NCBI RefSeq assembly: GCF_003966335.1
Contig: NZ_CP034549.1
Location: forward strand, 840,001 to 872,000
From: Nonlabens ponticola
Lineage (GTDB): Bacteria; Bacteroidota; Bacteroidia; Flavobacteriales; Flavobacteriaceae
Direction of reading: 5' to 3'
Length of the DNA: 32,000 nucleotides
Positions 31,012 to 32,000 of the stretch are shown here, piece after piece. A program made the translations under genes and the position numbers. A model generated the notes under the pieces. It saw nothing but the letters and a program-made list of their open reading frames with translations. It made no database searches and was not told where the DNA came from. Numbering within the stretch: the stretch's first letter is position 1; every line of letters starts with the position of its first letter.

Positions 31012-32000
31012 TTAAAAAGCCGCATTACCAGGTGTGCGAGGATAAGGAATTACATCTCGTACATTGCCCATGCCTGTAACAAACATCACTAGACGCTCAA
31101 ATCCTAGTCCAAAACCGCTGTGCGTCACACTACCAAATTTGCGCATTTCCAGATACCACCATAGTTCTTCTTCTGGGATGCCCATGGTATCCATTTTTTG
31201 CTTGAGCACATCATAACGTTCCTCACGCTGTGATCCACCTACAATCTCACCAATTCCTGGGAACAAGATGTCCATCGCTCGCACGGTCTCGCGACCTTCG
31301 TTATCCTTATCATTAAGCCGCATGTAAAATGCCTTGATTTTAGCAGGATAATCAAACAGAATTACAGGGCATTTAAAGTGCTTCTCTACTAGAAAACGTT
31401 CATGTTCTGATTGTAGATCTGCGCCCCATTCTTCAATCAGGTATTGGAATTTCTTCTTTTTGTTAGGCTTCGAGTTTTTGAGAATGTCAATCGCCTCAGT
31501 ATAACTCACACGCTTAAAGTTGTTCTTAAGAACGAACTCCAGTTTTTCCTTGAGTGGCATCGGGCTACGCTCTGCTTGCGGCTTTGACTTCTCTTCTTGT
31601 GTGAGTCTGTTTTCTAAAAAGTCAATATCATCAGCACAGTTCTCCATGACATACTGGATCACATCCTTGATAAAATCCTCAGCAAGATCCATGTTGTCCT
31701 GCAGGTCATTAAAGGCCACCTCGGGCTCAATCATCCAGAATTCTGCTAGGTGGCGTGAGGTGTTTGAATTCTCTGCCCTAAAAGTTGGACCAAAGGTGTA
31801 CACCTGACCCAAGCCCATCGCATATGTTTCGGCTTCCAGTTGCCCAGAAACTGTGAGATTAGATTCCTTACCAAAAAAATCCTTCTTATAATCAATAGCG
31901 CCATCATCAGTAAGCGGTGGATTTTTAGGATCCAGCGTCGAGATACGGAACATCTCGCCAGCGCCTTCTGCATCGCTACCAGTAATGATTGGCGTGTGCG
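31012..32000 (-). CDS. asnS: Asparagine--tRNA ligase, partial (N-terminus beyond the window edge)
   Basis: Class II aaRS motifs are present ([21 protein letters not shown] ; [15 protein letters not shown]). The frame stays open upstream of the track Met through 32000 (…[16 protein letters not shown]). Confidence 0.9.
   Translation of the reverse strand, partial: HTPIITGSDAEGAGEMFRISTLDPKNPPLTDDGAIDYKKDFFGKESNLTVSGQLEAETYAMGLGQVYTFGPTFRAENSNTSRHLAEFWMIEPEVAFNDLQDNMDLAEDFIKDVIQYVMENCADDIDFLENRLTQEEKSKPQAERSPMPLKEKLEFVLKNNFKRVSYTEAIDILKNSKPNKKKKFQYLIEEWGADLQSEHERFLVEKHFKCPVILFDYPAKIKAFYMRLNDKDNEGRETVRAMDILFPGIGEIVGGSQREERYDVLKQKMDTMGIPEEELWWYLEMRKFGSVTHSGFGLGFERLVMFVTGMGNVRDVIPYPRTPGNAAF

Overview
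This is a densely packed core-chromosome window from an AT-rich Bacteroidota genome, most likely a Flavobacteriaceae. Supporting signs are a PorT-family gene, sigma-54, an ExbB/ExbD cluster, an S16 with a long acidic tail, TAnnTTTG -7 boxes about 20 nt upstream of start codons, and no obvious Shine-Dalgarno sequences. I call 36 protein genes and one tRNA-Ser(GGA).

In order, the content is: pgi (partial), an M23 peptidase, an aromatic amino-acid catabolism cluster (kynA, DUF3108, hppD, a small CCC-motif membrane protein, hmgA), a PlpD-like patatin/Omp85 fusion, uvrC, a trx-DUF2237-Gre-like operon, a CBS protein, mrp-nifU, DUF3050, a lipoprotein/beta-barrel pair, gcdH, the rpsP-rimM-tRNA methyltransferase operon, a tandem-domain lipoprotein, a retropepsin-like protease, tatD, an acyltransferase, ansA, tRNA-Ser, exbB-4TM-exbD-exbD, a PorT-family protein, a membrane protein, rpoN and asnS (partial).

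I see no integrase, transposase, CRISPR array, restriction gene or recognisable defence gene.

The one structure that gene annotation does not explain is a family of identical short palindromes. The core is GCTTTCGCGAAAGC and the full form is TTACGCTTTCGCGAAAGCGTAA. It is present 11 times, about one copy per 3 kb. Seven copies lie in frame inside conserved housekeeping ORFs, and one copy is split by a second nested palindrome. This is my best candidate for something undescribed. The other findings are modest.

All product calls rest on recognising motifs and families by eye in the supplied translations. No database search was possible. Several ORF-track starts are TTG or GTG extensions, and I trimmed them to a plausible ATG where one exists.
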